The notes beneath the pieces were generated by a model that saw only the letters and a list, made by a program, of their open reading frames with translations, had not been told where the DNA came from and ran no database searches. A stretch of DNA of 63,763 nt, counting the filler, from Folioceros fuciformis (Eukaryota): NCBI GenBank assembly GCA_049999805.1. It is 3 parts of 3 records of this genome, joined end to end, with 100 filler letters (N's around TTAATTAATTAA, not from the genome) between each part and the next. Parts side by side here need not be neighbours in the genome. Positions count along the whole stretch, not along the records: positions 1 to 17,020 come from JBNGIO010006266.1; 2 more parts are not named here. One strand, given 5' to 3'. The position numbers and the translations under genes are program-made. Positions 1-13,138 of the stretch are shown here, one piece after another; position 1 is the stretch's first letter, and every line of letters begins with the position of its first letter.

Positions 1-1680
1 CGATAAGGAAAAGGGCATCCTGGTCCAACCACTCTGAGGACACTGCTGTCCCGTCAGATCACACTCAGTCTGAGGGTCCTAGTTTGGGTGTGGGTAAATT
101 AAGCCCGGACAAGAAAAACGTTTTGGTAGCTATTCTACCTCCCTCCAGTGAGACTGGAGTTTGGGGGCTAGCTTTCTCCGAGATATCAACAGGTATACCC
201 ATCTGGCATCTCTATCTACAGCAACTGTGTTGACAACAGTTGCGTGCTGCTTTTATACTTGCTTGAAATGGTCTCATGATTGGTTGCCAGTCCTCTAGAC
301 CAGTTAACACCCTGGTTTATCTGTCAGGCGAATTCGGTGTCACTCATTCATCCTTCTGATGTATGCTCCCTTTCTTTCACCCTGGTGATTTGTATTTCTC
401 TTGACTTCAGTTGGAAGGCTTGCGATCTGATTGTTACAGGTAACGATTGTGCTATGTATCCAACTCTTAGACCTGCGTCTGAAGCAGGTCCAGCGCTTGA
501 CTCAAGGAACCAGTGGATGTTTATACCTGGTGGGCATGCCCCTTCAGTTCTGTTATTCAGAGATGCCAAACTCTGGCCTTTTTTCGAGCTCTGCCAGAAA
601 GGTTAGGCTGACTGTTATATTTGTATCTGGAGCACATCACGCTTGTGGTTGGTGACATCGTGATCCAGCGGCAGGGTTTCTTACTTTTGTGTGTTTGGCA
701 TGGTGCAGAAGTCGCTGTCACGTTTCGGAGTCGATTCTCTTGAAAGCGTGGGAATCCAGGAAATGTAATATGGATTGCGGGCAGCAGGTGGTCTTGTGAG
801 GTAGACTCACGCTTCGCCCCCACTTGTAAACACATGGTCTTGTAGATGTTGCTGTCTGAGCACCTGTGTTACATGATCATAGGTTCAAGTTCCTGTGTTG
901 GCAAGTCTTGGACGCTTCTAACTCTCTTCCACATGCACGTTCCAAATTCATGTTCTGGTGTTGGATCCACACAGTTATTTGCAAGAAAGTAAGAAAGCGT
1001 GAAGTGGCAGTACCCCCCTTTGCACGCCTCGTCCTTATTCCGTCGGTCACTCTTATTTCGTGCACATGGACGAGACTGTTCGAAGCATGGATTCTCCAAA
1101 GTGGGGTATCTGGTTTGGGAAGAGAAGCCAGAAGGCACGCTCCACTGATGCAGTCTTCGGAGCAGTGACCAATCACTTCCTTCATCCCGGTTCCTCAATG
1201 GTCGAAGGCAATCATCAGGAGGTGACCAGAGCGGAGTTGGCAGGCAGGAGCAGCGATTGTCAATTCATGTCCGAGGAAGAGTTAGACAGTATATGGAAAC
1301 AGGTTCACGAATTCTTGCGCACCAAACCTGCTACTCAAGCACTGACAAAACAGAAGGTGTGTTTATGACCTGACCGGCTTGCGTCGCTTGAATTCCATGT
1401 CCTTCCTTGATCGAGATCATGGGGAGAAACCCAAGTCTCTCATGCACACACACACACGTTTGTGCAGGGTTCTTTGGTTTCCATCTCAAAAACCTCTGAG
1501 AACCTGGTAGTCTGCCTCGATGCACCTGCCCTTTCCGTCAAAAAGTTCCAGCAGCAGGAGCACGCCTCTGTTTTGCAGCATGCATTCGTTTGCGTCCTGA
1601 GGCAAGCAGTGGACCTCAAGATCGCCCTTGTTGGGGACCGAGCAAACATCAAGTTACCACATTTCTTGAGTAAGAAGTGA
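1..1680 (+). pseudogene. Decayed spliced 3' extension of a DPD1-like gene (copy 1): MutS-connector-like and DnaX/STICHEL C-terminal-like segments
   Basis: KLSPDKKNVLVAILP..GVWGLAFSEISTG|EF across a GT-AG intron (193-327); YLQESKKA*SGSTPLCTPRPYSVG; last exons (to 1356 and 1468-1680) give ELDSIWKQVHEFLRTKPATQALTKQK|GSLVSIS..VLQHAFVCVLRQAVDLKI. Internal stops or frameshifts are present. Confidence 0.5.
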
Positions 1681-1942
1681 GCCCGAGGGAACACTAGGCT
1701 GAAACATTGTTTCAAAGACCACCTCTTGATTGCCAATTTCCCTGACCACAGAAACCGTTGCCACGGTATATTCGGATCCAAAAGCATTTAGCGGTGGTTA
1801 CGTCGAGGTGACAGAAAGCGTGCGATGAAACCCTAGTCTAGGTAGTTTGGTGATCCACAGTGTAGTTGGAATCATTCGAACTAACGAACAGGACTTCAGT
1901 CGAGCGGAGGAGATCTCGGTCGCGGCGACGCAAGATCCGCAG
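1..1942. repeat. Copy 1 of a 1,942-bp direct duplication (identical by eye to 15079-17020)
   Basis: Same sequence and same ORF translations at offset 15,078; the second copy ends at an N-gap. Confidence 0.95.
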
Positions 1943-2199
1943 GTGCTGGGAATTTGAAACATCAGATTCTGAGTTGCGTTTCAATTCGCGAGAGCTTGCG
2001 TGGTACCCGTCGTCGTGTCTCCGTCGTGCGCGCAAGAGATTGAATCGCGTATTGCTGCAAGTGTGCTGTCGAGCTCCAAGTTTTGCTGCTAGCGGAAGCT
2101 CCTTTCCGGAAGGCGTCCGGATCCTGGAGCTTCGTTTCATGAGTACCTTGGGATCTGGTTGCCCGAAGTCGCCGGCCACTGTCATGTCACGTAGGATCT

Positions 2200-4148
2200 A
2201 TGAAGTATCTGGAGTACACTCCCCTTGCCAGGTGGATGCGAATTCCAGTTTTCTTCATGTTTCTGGTTTGTGCGGTTTTGGGAATTTCACTCATGACCCG
2301 GCGTGGCCTCATTTTCCGTAGCATAAACGCATTCCTACGAGATGTGGATGTGGGAGATTCCGTAATTCAAGGACTCTTGGAGGCCTACTCCTGTAAGTTT
2401 CTCAATAGAAGCGCGTACAGAAGAATTGTGACGAAGTTCTTGTGTTGGAAGCGAATTGACTGATGGAGTTGTCCCTGAATTGCACTGCTATGGCGTATCG
2501 TTTGACATGGATAAACTTTTCCGTTTCAGGCAAGGTTGCAGGGGTTGACAAAAAGCTGTCACGCAGCTTAGACCAAGATGTTGGTCACTACCTTCAGTTT
2601 TGTATTGTGATTATCTCTGTGCGCTGGATTTTCTTAAGCTGTGCGAGCGTAGGAGGATGAATTTTGTTTTCTGTTTCAGGTTGTCGAAGCGTTGGCTTTC
2701 TCCGCTTCGAGTTTGTCCACTTCCCCCGTTGGACCATTATCTAGCACGGCCAGGTTTGGTTTGCCTTGCCTTGATTTTCTTTTCTTTTCTGCTTTGGCTG
2801 ATGTGTCACTGAGGACGTCTTGGCATCCTCTTCATTGTGGCTAGTTCTGCGAAATGTGGAAAACCGTCTACCAATTCCGCTGCCATGACAGGGTTCGTTC
2901 TTACTCGTTTTTCTTATTTTTATTTTATTTTATGGCAGCCGACGGACACTGATCTACCTCATTCTGACCTTAAATCATATGTACCCGGACTATGATTTCA
3001 GGTATTGTGCTGTGTAAACCCAGTAAGCAAGTTGATTCATGTCGTCTGTGTGGCATGGTCCAAGTTGAGGACTGCTTATCTATGGGCATGAGCGTTTTTA
3101 TTCGTTCTTAGGTCGTCACCGGTACTTGGAAGTAAAGTCGTAGGAAATAAACAGTGGTATTGCACAAACCCTTATGCTGAGAAGCGAAACGATACAGCGG
3201 ACAGAAGTAGATGATCTGATTGTACCCTCATGCTTGCAGTCTCTCTGGGCCCCAGCATTTCTGTAATGTGCACGGATATTGCGCTGCTAAGCAAAAAATT
3301 GACACCTACCTCGTTGAAGCAAGCAAGGTGAAGATCGCCTTTGTTGATGTCGAGGACATAGTTTGTCTGTTGGGTAGCTGCTACTTATCTCTTGATGCAT
3401 GAGCATCTGAAGCGCACATTTGTCACAGAACATGCACTGTTATGCATGTTAGCACTGGTAGCTGTGCATTTGACCAGCGACATGCCTACAGATTTGGGCC
3501 CAGAAAAATGGCAAGGAGCAAGACTTCTTGGACTGCCTTTGGAATGCCATTGATGAGGTCCGTTTCTCGCAGGAGTCGTAGACCTGGGTTTAGACTTGGT
3601 CCCTTCAAGAGAATTGCAGCTCACACAAGATTCCCAACTGCACTGCTTCTAGTGGGCTTTAATATTCCCTGTGGTGCTACAGGTGATTGGGCTCGAAGAC
3701 TGCGATGTCTACAGCTACATGCCCGATAGTGAAGGGAATCCTTTCGCTGACAAAAGTAGCATGTGGGTCCTCTTGCTGAGTGGTTTATTTAATTTCCTTT
3801 CCTGAAATACATGCAAAATGGCTGATGGGAGACCTGTTGGCAGATGGAACTTCAACTTCTTCTTCTACAACAAAAAACTCAAACGGATGCTGTACTTCAG
3901 TTGCGATTGTTTCAGGTGATTTAGGCGGGAAACTTAGTCAGTTATCCGAAACGAGGCTCTCCTCTCTCGGTCTCTCATATGTCGAGACCTACGGACGGTT
4001 ATGGGCCTTTTCGGTCGACCGCCCGACCTAATCCTGTGGCTCTACGTGTATTGGTTCCTGCAGTAAGCTGACAATGGAGGAGTCCGACGAGTTTCTTGAC
4101 GTGGACGAAGAAGATTTTCCAGATGGCTTGGAGCTCATGGACGAATAG
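2200..4148 (+). CDS. MAF1: Repressor of RNA polymerase III transcription MAF1, 10 coding exons
   Basis: Exons 2200-2231, 2322-2392, 2530-2579, 2680-2753, 2939-3001, 3240-3327, 3492-3557, 3683-3762, 3844-3915, 4064-4148, all GT-AG. Translation: MKYLEYTPL..LEAYSCK..DKKLSRSL..SPVGPLS..RRTLIYLILTLNHMYPDYDFS..DCDVYSY..WNFNFFFYNKKLKR, then an acidic tail and TAG. Confidence 0.95.
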
Positions 4149-4489
4149 CTGCAATTTTAACGGCAGCACTGCACCTGTGTCTTTCAGGACTGACTTACAG
4201 GTTGTCCTCCCGTGGCAAATGCCGATGCCGCGTGTAAAGTATTTGGTTGAGTTTTCGGTTGCGACTTCACGGCTGAATTGGCCTCCAGCCGGTAGATTCG
4301 TATGTAAAGATAGCGATCTACAGACACACATAGAGTGGCACAGTAGTAAGTACATCGTCATCTGGTCTCGAGAGACGGGGTATTCTCCTCCCTCGGTCTA
4401 GTGTATGCATTCATGCATGGTTGGATGGTGGGTGTACAGTAACGACCAAGTTCTGCGGGGTGTACATTAACCAGCGGGTCCTGTTGTTG

Positions 4490-4690
4490 AAAGTAACGGG
4501 CAGCTCTGCCATTGTAAAGTAACGAGCATGTCCTGTAGTCGTAAAGTAACGAGCAGGTCCTGTAGTCGTAAAGTAACGAGCAGGTCCTGTAGTCCTCAAG
4601 TAACGAGCAGGTCCGGTAGTCCTCAAGTAACGAGCAGGTTCTGTAGTCCACAAGGAACGAGCAGGTTCTGGAAGGAACGAGCAGGTTTTG
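4490..4690. repeat. 27-bp minisatellite (AAGTAACGAGCAGGTCCTGTAGTCSTM), about 5 full plus 3 degenerate copies
   Basis: Units start at 4517, 4544, 4571, 4598, 4625 and 4652, with a shortened unit at 4672. Confidence 0.9.
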
Positions 4691-4735
4691 TATTTTGTTT
4701 TTAGATATAATTTTAAGAAACACAGTTCATCGCAA

Positions 4736-4806
4736 GCACCGGTGGTCTAGTGGTAGAATAGTACCCTGCCACGGTACAGACCCGGGTTCGATTCCCGGCC
4801 GGTGCA
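4736..4806 (+). tRNA. tRNA-Gly (anticodon GCC)
   Basis: GCACCGG/CCGGTGC acceptor stem, A box TGGTCTAGTGG, anticodon arm GTACCCTGCCACGGTAC, T-loop GGTTCGATTCC. CAA lies just upstream and an oligo-T terminator at about 4816. Confidence 0.97.
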
Positions 4807-5285
4807 TATAATGTATTTTTCTTTTAGGGCCGTTTCTCAACATGTATGTAGTTTCACTTTTCACAGTACTCCTACCTAATCAACACGAGAAATATGCAGG
4901 TGACTAAATAATGTCTTTGTGCGGATGACAAAGGGCTCTAAAGTAACACCTCACTATAGGTGTTTAAAGTAATGGGGGAACGGAAGAATTTGGGTTAAAG
5001 TAACTGCTTTCGGATGGTTAAGGGCTTCTGTGTGCATGGTTTCACGTGGGTAGTGGCCTGAGGAAAGTTTAATTGCGGATGGGGATGGAATTCCTAATCG
5101 AGGTTCCGTTATTAACCAGGGTAGGGTCTCCATTCTTTTTTGAATAGTGTTGCGGCCGCGCGAACGCAAGCCCCCATGCCACAAATCACACTATGACATT
5201 TGTTCTCGCTGACCTTCCGTAAATGATTCGGGTTTGCAGTGAGCTTTGGTGATCTGCTGCAGAATGGTGTGTGAAGAAGACGCGC

Positions 5286-6270
5286 ATTGGCGGGTCGTGG
5301 GGTGACGCCGGTTCTGGCGTTGCTCTTCGGCCTTGCCCTGGCCCTGGTACCTGTGGGAGTGCAAGCCATCTATTGCGATGAGCACAACTGCTACGATCTG
5401 CTGGGCATCACCCAGGATGCCACCTTGCAGGAGGTGAAGCAGGCCTACATGCGGCTCTCCATTAAGTACCATCCCGACAAGAATCCCGACCCCCTAGCCA
5501 ACCAGTTCTTTCTCAAGCTCGTGAATGCGTACGAGATCCTGCGAGATGAGGACCGACAGAATGGCTACGACTACGCTCTGGAGCATCCGGAGTACTACCT
5601 GTGGAACGCCGCTCGCTATTACCAGGGCTACTACGGGCATCAGGCAGATCCCTTGTCAGTGGTGCTGGGCCTGCTTGTCATTCTCTCAGGCTTCCAATAT
5701 CTCATCCAGTGAACACGCCACCGTCAGATGGTGAACTTGGTGAAGCAGACCCCCGCCTACCAGAATAAGCTGAAAGCTTTGGAACTGGAGCGTAGCGGAG
5801 GGGGCAGCAACAGGAAGATGGCGTCCAAGCCGAAGAGTAGCAGGCTCGATTCTCTGGAGCTCAGTAAGGACCTGGACCTGCAGATCCAAGGGGCAGATAA
5901 AGCGTGTGTTTGGGAATTGGTGGGGATTCGAGCAGCGCTTCTGCCCTTCACGCTGTCCAAACTTCTTTTGTGGAGACTTTGCTGGATCTGGAGGTACTGG
6001 GTGAGACGACAACCCTATACCTGGGAGGATGCTGCCCTCCTTACCAGACGTAGTCTTCGCATCAACACTGCCATCTGGGCTGGGATGGGTCATGCAGCCA
6101 GGGACAATCTTATCATCAGAAGACTGTGGCCCAAACCTAACATGAGCAAGTATGTGGAGGTCAGTAGAAAGGAAGCTAGGGAATTATGTAGAAATAGGGG
6201 ATTTGCATGTTCAGCAACTAGCAAGAAGGGGGAAAAAAAATATGGACCTCAAGATTTAAAGATATTATAA
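5286..6270 (+). pseudogene. Intronless ER-membrane J-domain protein (DNAJC25/ERdj7/C50-like), disrupted
   Basis: Signal peptide, IYCDEHNCYDLLG, KYHPDKNPD J-domain, YDYALEHP, TM segment and KQTPAYQNKLKALELERSGG. In-frame TGA at 5710-5712 (likely Trp TGG). No ATG at the start (ATTGGCG in place of ATGGCG). Confidence 0.85.
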
Positions 6271-7299
6271 GGTGGGAGAATGATGTAGTGTCGAAAGTCA
6301 TTCGAAATGTAAAGGCTATCGTTTCATTATGCTTTAATCTTGTTATGCCTTAGTAGATTTAGAGGCTCTCTAGGGAATTCCACATTGAACACAAGTTTGA
6401 TGCGGTTGTTGTCTTATATTAGGAACTCAAATCTAGCTAAATATTTATCAAATCTTATGAATATTTTTAAACTTTGCTCAACCCACTGTGGACATAGACC
6501 ATATTTGTTGTAGCACTTTTACCAACATCAATAAATCACCACAATAGATGCAATATTATGGCAAACTGTGATTCTTAAACCAAACTATCTTAGTGGGTTA
6601 GCATTGCAATAGCTACGAGTGGTTGATGCCTCCTGCCACTCTATTTGTGAGATGTATGCATGAAGCCTACTCTTAAGCTATTTACGAAACCTATGCCCAC
6701 TCTTAGGTTTGGCCTTCCATGAGGGGAAGGAGGCCACTTAAGGCCAGCTATGACTATGACTGAAGGAGCTTAAGCCTTGTGACCATGTGGCAATTTAAGC
6801 CTCGTCGCCTCTATGTCATACAACCTCATGCCTTAGAATTACAAAGCCACACATTATGCATGGCCAAAGTTATTTCACACCCAACAAGTCTACATGGATT
6901 GGAGTTTAGTGCTCTTCACCAATGTAGAATCGATTCTGCATGGCTAGATAAAGTTATTTCACATCCCATAAGCCTACATGAATTAGGGCCCTTGAACACT
7001 ATAAAAGAGGAAGTATTTGATATGGTAGGGATTTGCAAACTACCTACATGGATTATGGTCTAGGCCCTAAACCATTCAAAATGGAAGGTGTTCGTATGGC
7101 ACGGATTGTTAGACTTTCTCTCACATTCTTGTCAATATCCCTACCAATACCACACTAAGTGTGCAATTTTGAATATTGCAACCAAGGACAATCACCACAC
7201 TGCACATGTGATTTTTTAATATCCTAAATCCTAAAAGAGATAGAAAAGTGTAAAAGGATGGGTGTAGAGGAGTAGAGCGGTATGGAACCATGGATGTAG

Positions 7300-8030
7300 G
7301 ATTGATGTCAAGGCATCATGATTAAGCATTGTAGGAGTAATATGAGTGATGTAGAGGCAATATGAATATGAGTGATGTAGAGGCAATATGACTGTGAGGC
7401 AATATGATTGTGTGGTGTAGGAGCAATATGATTCAACACTGTGATTAAGTAATGTAAAAGCAATATGATTAAGTAATGTAAAAGCAGTATGACTAAAGGA
7501 TGTAGAGCGATATTATAAAGTTGTGTAGAAGCTATGTAAGAGTGACATGTACTATAAAAGCACTATGACTAAGGGCTGCAGGAGAAATATGATTGAGTGA
7601 TGTAGGAATGGTGTAGGAGTGACATGTAATGTATGATTAAGGGTTGTAGGAGCGATATGATGTAATGTATGATTAAAGGTTGTAGGAGCGATATGATTGA
7701 GTGATGTAGAAGCGGTGTAGGAGTGCTATGTAATGTAAAAGCAATATGACTAAGGGCTGTAGGAGCGGTGTAGGGGTGACATGTAATGTAAAAGTAATAT
7801 GACTAAGGGTTGTAAGAGCGATATGATATAATTGAGTGATGTAGGAGCGGTGTAGGGGTGACGTGTAATGTAAAAGCAATATGACTAAGGGTTGTAAGAG
7901 CGATATGATATAATTTAGTAATGTAGGAGCGGTGTAGGCGTGACATGTAATGTAAAAGCAATATGACTAAGGGTTGTAAGAGCGATATGATTGAGTGATG
8001 TAGGAGCGGTGTAAGAGTGACATGGTGGAT
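7300..8030. repeat. Degenerate tandem array; youngest units 82 bp (GTAGGAGCGGTGTAGGGGTGACATGTAATGTAAAAGCAATATGACTAAGGG...)
   Basis: Near-identical units start at 7759, 7841, 7923 and 8000; shorter GTAGGAG/AATATGA sub-repeats lie upstream. Confidence 0.85.
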
Positions 8031-8479
8031 CAGTCTAGGAATGGTTTAGCGGTATTGCAGCATAGAATGGGTTTAGGATTTAGCAACATAGCAATGCTTG
8101 TTGGGTTTAGGCTTTAGCAACATAGTAGTGGAAAATGGGTTCAAAATATAGTAGAGTGTAAGGAGTGGATCATACGGTTTTAGCTTACAAGGAAGAGTAA
8201 GATCGGGGGTTTAACGAAGATTTATAATTATTAGTATTAGAATTTTTTTGTACCCCCCTATACCGTTTTACAAGACTTTCTTCAGGTTTTGATTTCATCT
8301 GCTATAAGTTTTTCTACGGAAGTAATTTGTTTGCAAGAGTTTGTTTTCTTTGTGGCTTTTGATATTTTGATGCAATTGTAAATGTAAGCCTTTATCACAT
8401 GGCACATAATACTCAACCTTTGATGTTACATATACCTAATAACTAGTGTGCTATTAAGTTTGTTCCAAGGTGTTGGGTT

Positions 8480-9990
8480 AGAAGACTCTTCCAGGAATAG
8501 TAGGACGATCAGTAGCCCTTATAACTCATTGAGCATGTAATGTTTTTATCTTGGCTACTAGATCCACCAACCCGAGACCTCCCAAGTGCCAAGATTAAAT
8601 AATGTGTTGCCAAGCAACTTTGGGAACCCCAAAAACTCCATTCCCATATCTGCTCCATAGAAATGTGATCATAATCTATTGTAGCCTCTTCACATCCATC
8701 TTGGAAGGAGCCCATACAAACAAATAATACCTGAGGGAATCTAAAAGAATGTGGTTAATTGCTATCATCCTACCAACAAGGTTGAGCTCCAACAACTATA
8801 AGCCCAAGGCTTTTCGAATGAATTTGAGGCATACAAATTTTCCTATCTCCCCGTTCTCATCATCCTCTTAAAAGGGGAGCCCCAAATACTTGTGCATGGA
8901 GCCTGGCAAAACCCTCTTGATGCGGCTAACGCACTAAGGTGGCTCTACTAACATATTTAAGCATATCATACAAGTCTTACTCCAATTCACCTTGCAGCTT
9001 GATAGCTCGCCAAAGACCTTGACCTGTTGGAGCATGGCGTTCAAGGAAGCCTCCACCGCCGAGGAGAAGAGGAGAGTGTCATTCGCAAACGATAAAACCC
9101 TTAATTACCACCCACCTGTGTTCTGAATGCCAACAATTGTGGGGTCCTCTTTAACTGTGTGCAACAAAAAAATCTGTAATAATAAGAAACAAGAAAGAGG
9201 CTAAGGGACATCCTTACCATACCGGACGATTGATGCCAAAACATTCCATAAAAGAACCATTGACGGGCGACCGCACCTGTGTCTTCACATAAGATAGTAA
9301 TCCACCTACAGAAGCTGTTTCCAAACCCAAAAGTACGGAGGCATTTCCATAAGAAATGCCATTGAATGGAGTCATAAGCCTTACAAAAGTCTAGGGAAAT
9401 GAAGGCTATTGATTTCTTCTGTACTTGGATATTATACTTGGCTTCCTGCAAAAAAATTAAGTTGTCCAAAATACACGTATTTTGAATGAAGCTCCTCTAT
9501 TCTTTCTCAATCCATTAATCTAGAAGAGGTCGGATGCAATTAGCAAGTACCTTTTCGATCACCTTGTAAGTTGTAGTGAGCAAATTGATTGGACACCAGT
9601 TGGAAATTGACCAACTCACATCTTGCTTAGGTAGCAGAGAGATTATGCCCAAATTGAACCACTTGTCCATACTGCCTTCCTCCCAAATTTGGTTCACTGC
9701 CTCCATGAATAAAGGCTCCATAAACTCCAACCCTCAAAGCAAGAATTTTGAGGGGATACTGTCTACTGTCATGTCCAAGGATCTATTCAAGATTAATTTT
9801 CTCTTGAGAATCCTTCAAGTAGCTTTTCAGAGCTTTTTACACTAGTAGTTGCTATAACTAGGGGAGGAGTTCTCATATTAATCAAAAGCTCTTCCAAGTG
9901 CATCTTGCAACCCACAAATTTTGAATCACTACCCCATATAGGTGCGAATCTACTACCCTCAGCATCTAGGCCACCCTTATGTCACATCCT
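8480..9990 (-). mobile_element. Degenerate L1-clade LINE ORF2 (reverse transcriptase) remnant; upstream remnants probably extend to about 11400
   Basis: NWCPINLLTTTYKVIEKVLANCIRP and ISLDFCKAYDSIQWHFLWKCLRTFGFG, with many stops and frameshifts. Same family as 57683-60600. Confidence 0.85.
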
Positions 9991-12388
9991 CATTGATGGC
10001 TTTGTAGATGGATATTAAGAATGCTTTCAGCATCATCTCTAGATTCACTATCTTCTTGAAGCTCAAGAGTGCAGGATGTCCATTGTCTTGTCTCATCTTA
10101 TTTGTTCTCTTCTTCTACGGCTTACTATCCAAGATCTACTACCAACACAGCTCGGCCATGAAGAGGTGCTCAATTTTTTATTTAGCGATGGGTACAAAGG
10201 CAAGGGGATCTACTTAGAAGCGTTCTTTTTGCTATGGTGCATTTTGTGTTGCTGGTGGGGGGTAAGGAGGAATGATTTCATCCCCATGCAAGAACCTTGG
10301 GGGCTCTTATGGGTCTTTGTTGGTCTTTAAGCCATGAAGGCCACTGCCCTGGTTGCCTTTCACGATAGCTAGGCCTTCTTGACTACAATTTTGGCCTCTT
10401 GTTGTTTGCTCAATTATTCCCCCTCATTGAAGATTTTATCTTAGGGTGTTGAGGAGGTTGTTTTCCCTTTATATGTGCCTTTTAGGTAAGTGAGAGACTC
10501 TTTACCTTTGGAGGCTCGTAAGACCCTACCTCCTTTCACCACCTTGTCTAAAAAAGGGTTGAGGGGTGTTGAGGCCTCCCTCATGGAAAGGCATTATGGT
10601 TAGATACTTAGAGCCCTTCACTTGGACTCATCCATCTCCAAGTCTTCTTGGGCTCGTGTTTGTTTATGTCAAGTAAAGGAGCAGGCTCTTAGCTTTTGGC
10701 ATGCCCCTAGATCCAAGCATTTTGAATTGCACTAGCAACTTTCGTCGTCATGATGAGATTTTGAGTCCAAACCTACCCCTCGGCTTTTTCTCTCTACGTG
10801 CAATTGGGGGGTTGCGATTGTCGACACAGGGTTCCATCGAGCATATTGTCCCTTTGGGGGGCACTACAATGCCATCCATGATATAGTCCAAGATATTATG
10901 TTCTCAATGGCTAGGGAGTGTGGGTTTCTTCCACACATGGAGTGTTTGTATACTTTGCACAATGGGGCTTTACTTAGGGCCGGCCTTTTCTTTACTAGGG
11001 GGAGTAGGTTTGTGTCGCTGATGTGGTTGTCACAAATCCTAATAGGCATTCAATTTATGAGCAGGTTGTCATCAACCCCCTTAGATAGACGACGCAGGGT
11101 TGTGCAAGTGCTAAAGTCCATAAATATTCTCCCCAACAAGATGGGCTTGTTTTCATCCCCTTGCTCTAAAAACCCATAGAGCCATGGACAAGTACTTTTC
11201 AAGGTTTATCAAGGAGTATACGAAGGTATGTTATATTCATAAGAATAAGGTTCTTCCTCTTTCCTCAGCGGTGGCCTTCTTCCATTGCGGATCCATTGCT
11301 CCATTGCTTTACAAAGAGCNNNNNNNNNNCATTGCTCCATTGCTTTACAAAGAGCATTGGTCAATGCGGTCTTTAGAATAACAACAAGTGCATTTCAAGC
11401 AGCTTCTTGTTGGTAGGCCTTTTGTTATTTCACATCATGATATTTTGGGAGTAATCAGTAGTTTTGAGAATGATGTTTGAAGGGACTAGTACCTTTACGG
11501 CAATACTCTTAAGTACCGTTACGAAAATACTCTTATGGTTTTTGGCTTTGTTTGGGTTGTTCTGCTCATCTTTAGAGTAGATGGGATTTTTCATTTATTT
11601 TTAATATTAAAAAAACTTTCACTCCATATTTTCTGGTGTCATATATATTTGTTAGAACGGCTGCTGTCCCTCTTGAGGCTGAAAGCTTTCCCTCTAGGCG
11701 AATGCTTCACTCTAGTGGTTGTGTATCCTTGCTCTTTGCACAATGAAGCTCTAAATTTCGAAGAATATGGCTCTGGTCGAATACCGTTTGTCTTTTGAAC
11801 TGAACCCTTTCAAACAAACGTCTAGACTGCGCTTCTTGGTCGAGTACAGTATTCCACGTTTGGTACTGGTACTCCATTGTTGTTGCTGCCCCGCCAAGAT
11901 AGTTGTTACTTCCCTTTGAGCACCGAACAAATCAGTCCGGGACAGTGCGGCCTGGTCGCAGAGGAGGTGAGGACATCAAAATTTCGCGACTTGGTCCTTT
12001 GCCGAGAATATGCATACAAGTATAGTTGTGACGCTGAAGGACCCCGGCTCTGCTGACGAGGCTCATGTACCGAATTCTGGCAAGGCTTGCATGCGCCGCT
12101 CAGTGTCCCACAATCATCGAGCTGGCCTCACCGAGATGTACCGCGCTCGTGCCCACATCGTCTAAGTACTTCGCGAAGGCAGGCAAAGGGGCAAGAAAGA
12201 AAATCTGGAGCACCGGATAACGGAACAGATGTTCGAGGAGCGATGGCGATGGCCCTTCGAGAAGCAGAAACTTCTAGAGTACCAGCCTCCTGAGGCATGA
12301 GGCGCAGGAGCCGCAGCAGGTGGAGCGGACATGAGCCTGGGATGGGATCGGCTTCCGGCAAGTCGCTGGGACTGGCAGCCGGCAGGTG

Positions 12389-13138
12389 CTGGTCGGATCG
12401 CAGGCGTGGAGTGGGCATTGCTACCGTCCGTGTCCGACATCGGGAGGATGGCAAGGACCAATACCTGGAATACTCCAGCTGTGGGCCTCACAGGCGAGAT
12501 TCGAGGAGCAGGAGACGCTGGAGTGGGAGGAAAGTGGGCGCTTTGCACCTCAGTATGCCTGGGTGGTGTGCCCCGGTCGAAGAAGCTTTGGGATTTGGTT
12601 GATTGATTTGGGTGCATTTGCGATAGGTGAGGACTCGAATTTTGGATCCTGCTGTGCGATTGTAGTGTGTCGCAAGGGTGATTTGGATGTCAGAATGTTT
12701 GAATCCGGCGTTTCCGTTCTGTTGCTGGCGGCAGAGAGCATGCTGTGCGTGCTGGCTCGCAGGCTGGTCTGATCGCAAGCGTGGAGTGGGTATTGCTGCC
12801 GTGCGTGTGCGACCTCGGGAGGATGGCAAGGACGAATACTTGGAATGCTCCAGCTGTGGGCCTCACAGGCGAGGTTCGAGGAGCAGGGGAGGCTGCAGTG
12901 GCAGGAAAGTGGGAGCTTTACAGCTCAGCCTGCCTGGGAGGTGTGTCCCGATCGAAGAAGCTTTGGAATTGGGTTGACTGATTTGCCTGTATTTGGGAGA
13001 GGTGAGGACTCGAATTTTGGGTCTTGCTGTGGGATTGTAGTGTGTCGCAAGGGCAATCTGGATGTCAGATTGTTTGAATTCGGCGTTTCCGTTCTGCTGC
13101 AGGCGGCAGCGAGCATGCTGTGCGTGCTGGGTCGCAGG
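12389..13138. repeat. Diverged tandem duplication, 2 x 375 bp
   Basis: 12389-12763 aligns with 12764-13138; paralogous ORF translations (RMARTNTWN.PAVGLTGE). Confidence 0.9.

Noticed and set aside
4490-4690. Possible CRISPR-like array
   Set aside because: The units abut with no unique spacers, there are no cas genes and the context is eukaryotic; it is a minisatellite.
11294-11356. 26-bp direct repeat around a 10-N gap
   Set aside because: Typical unmerged contig overlap.
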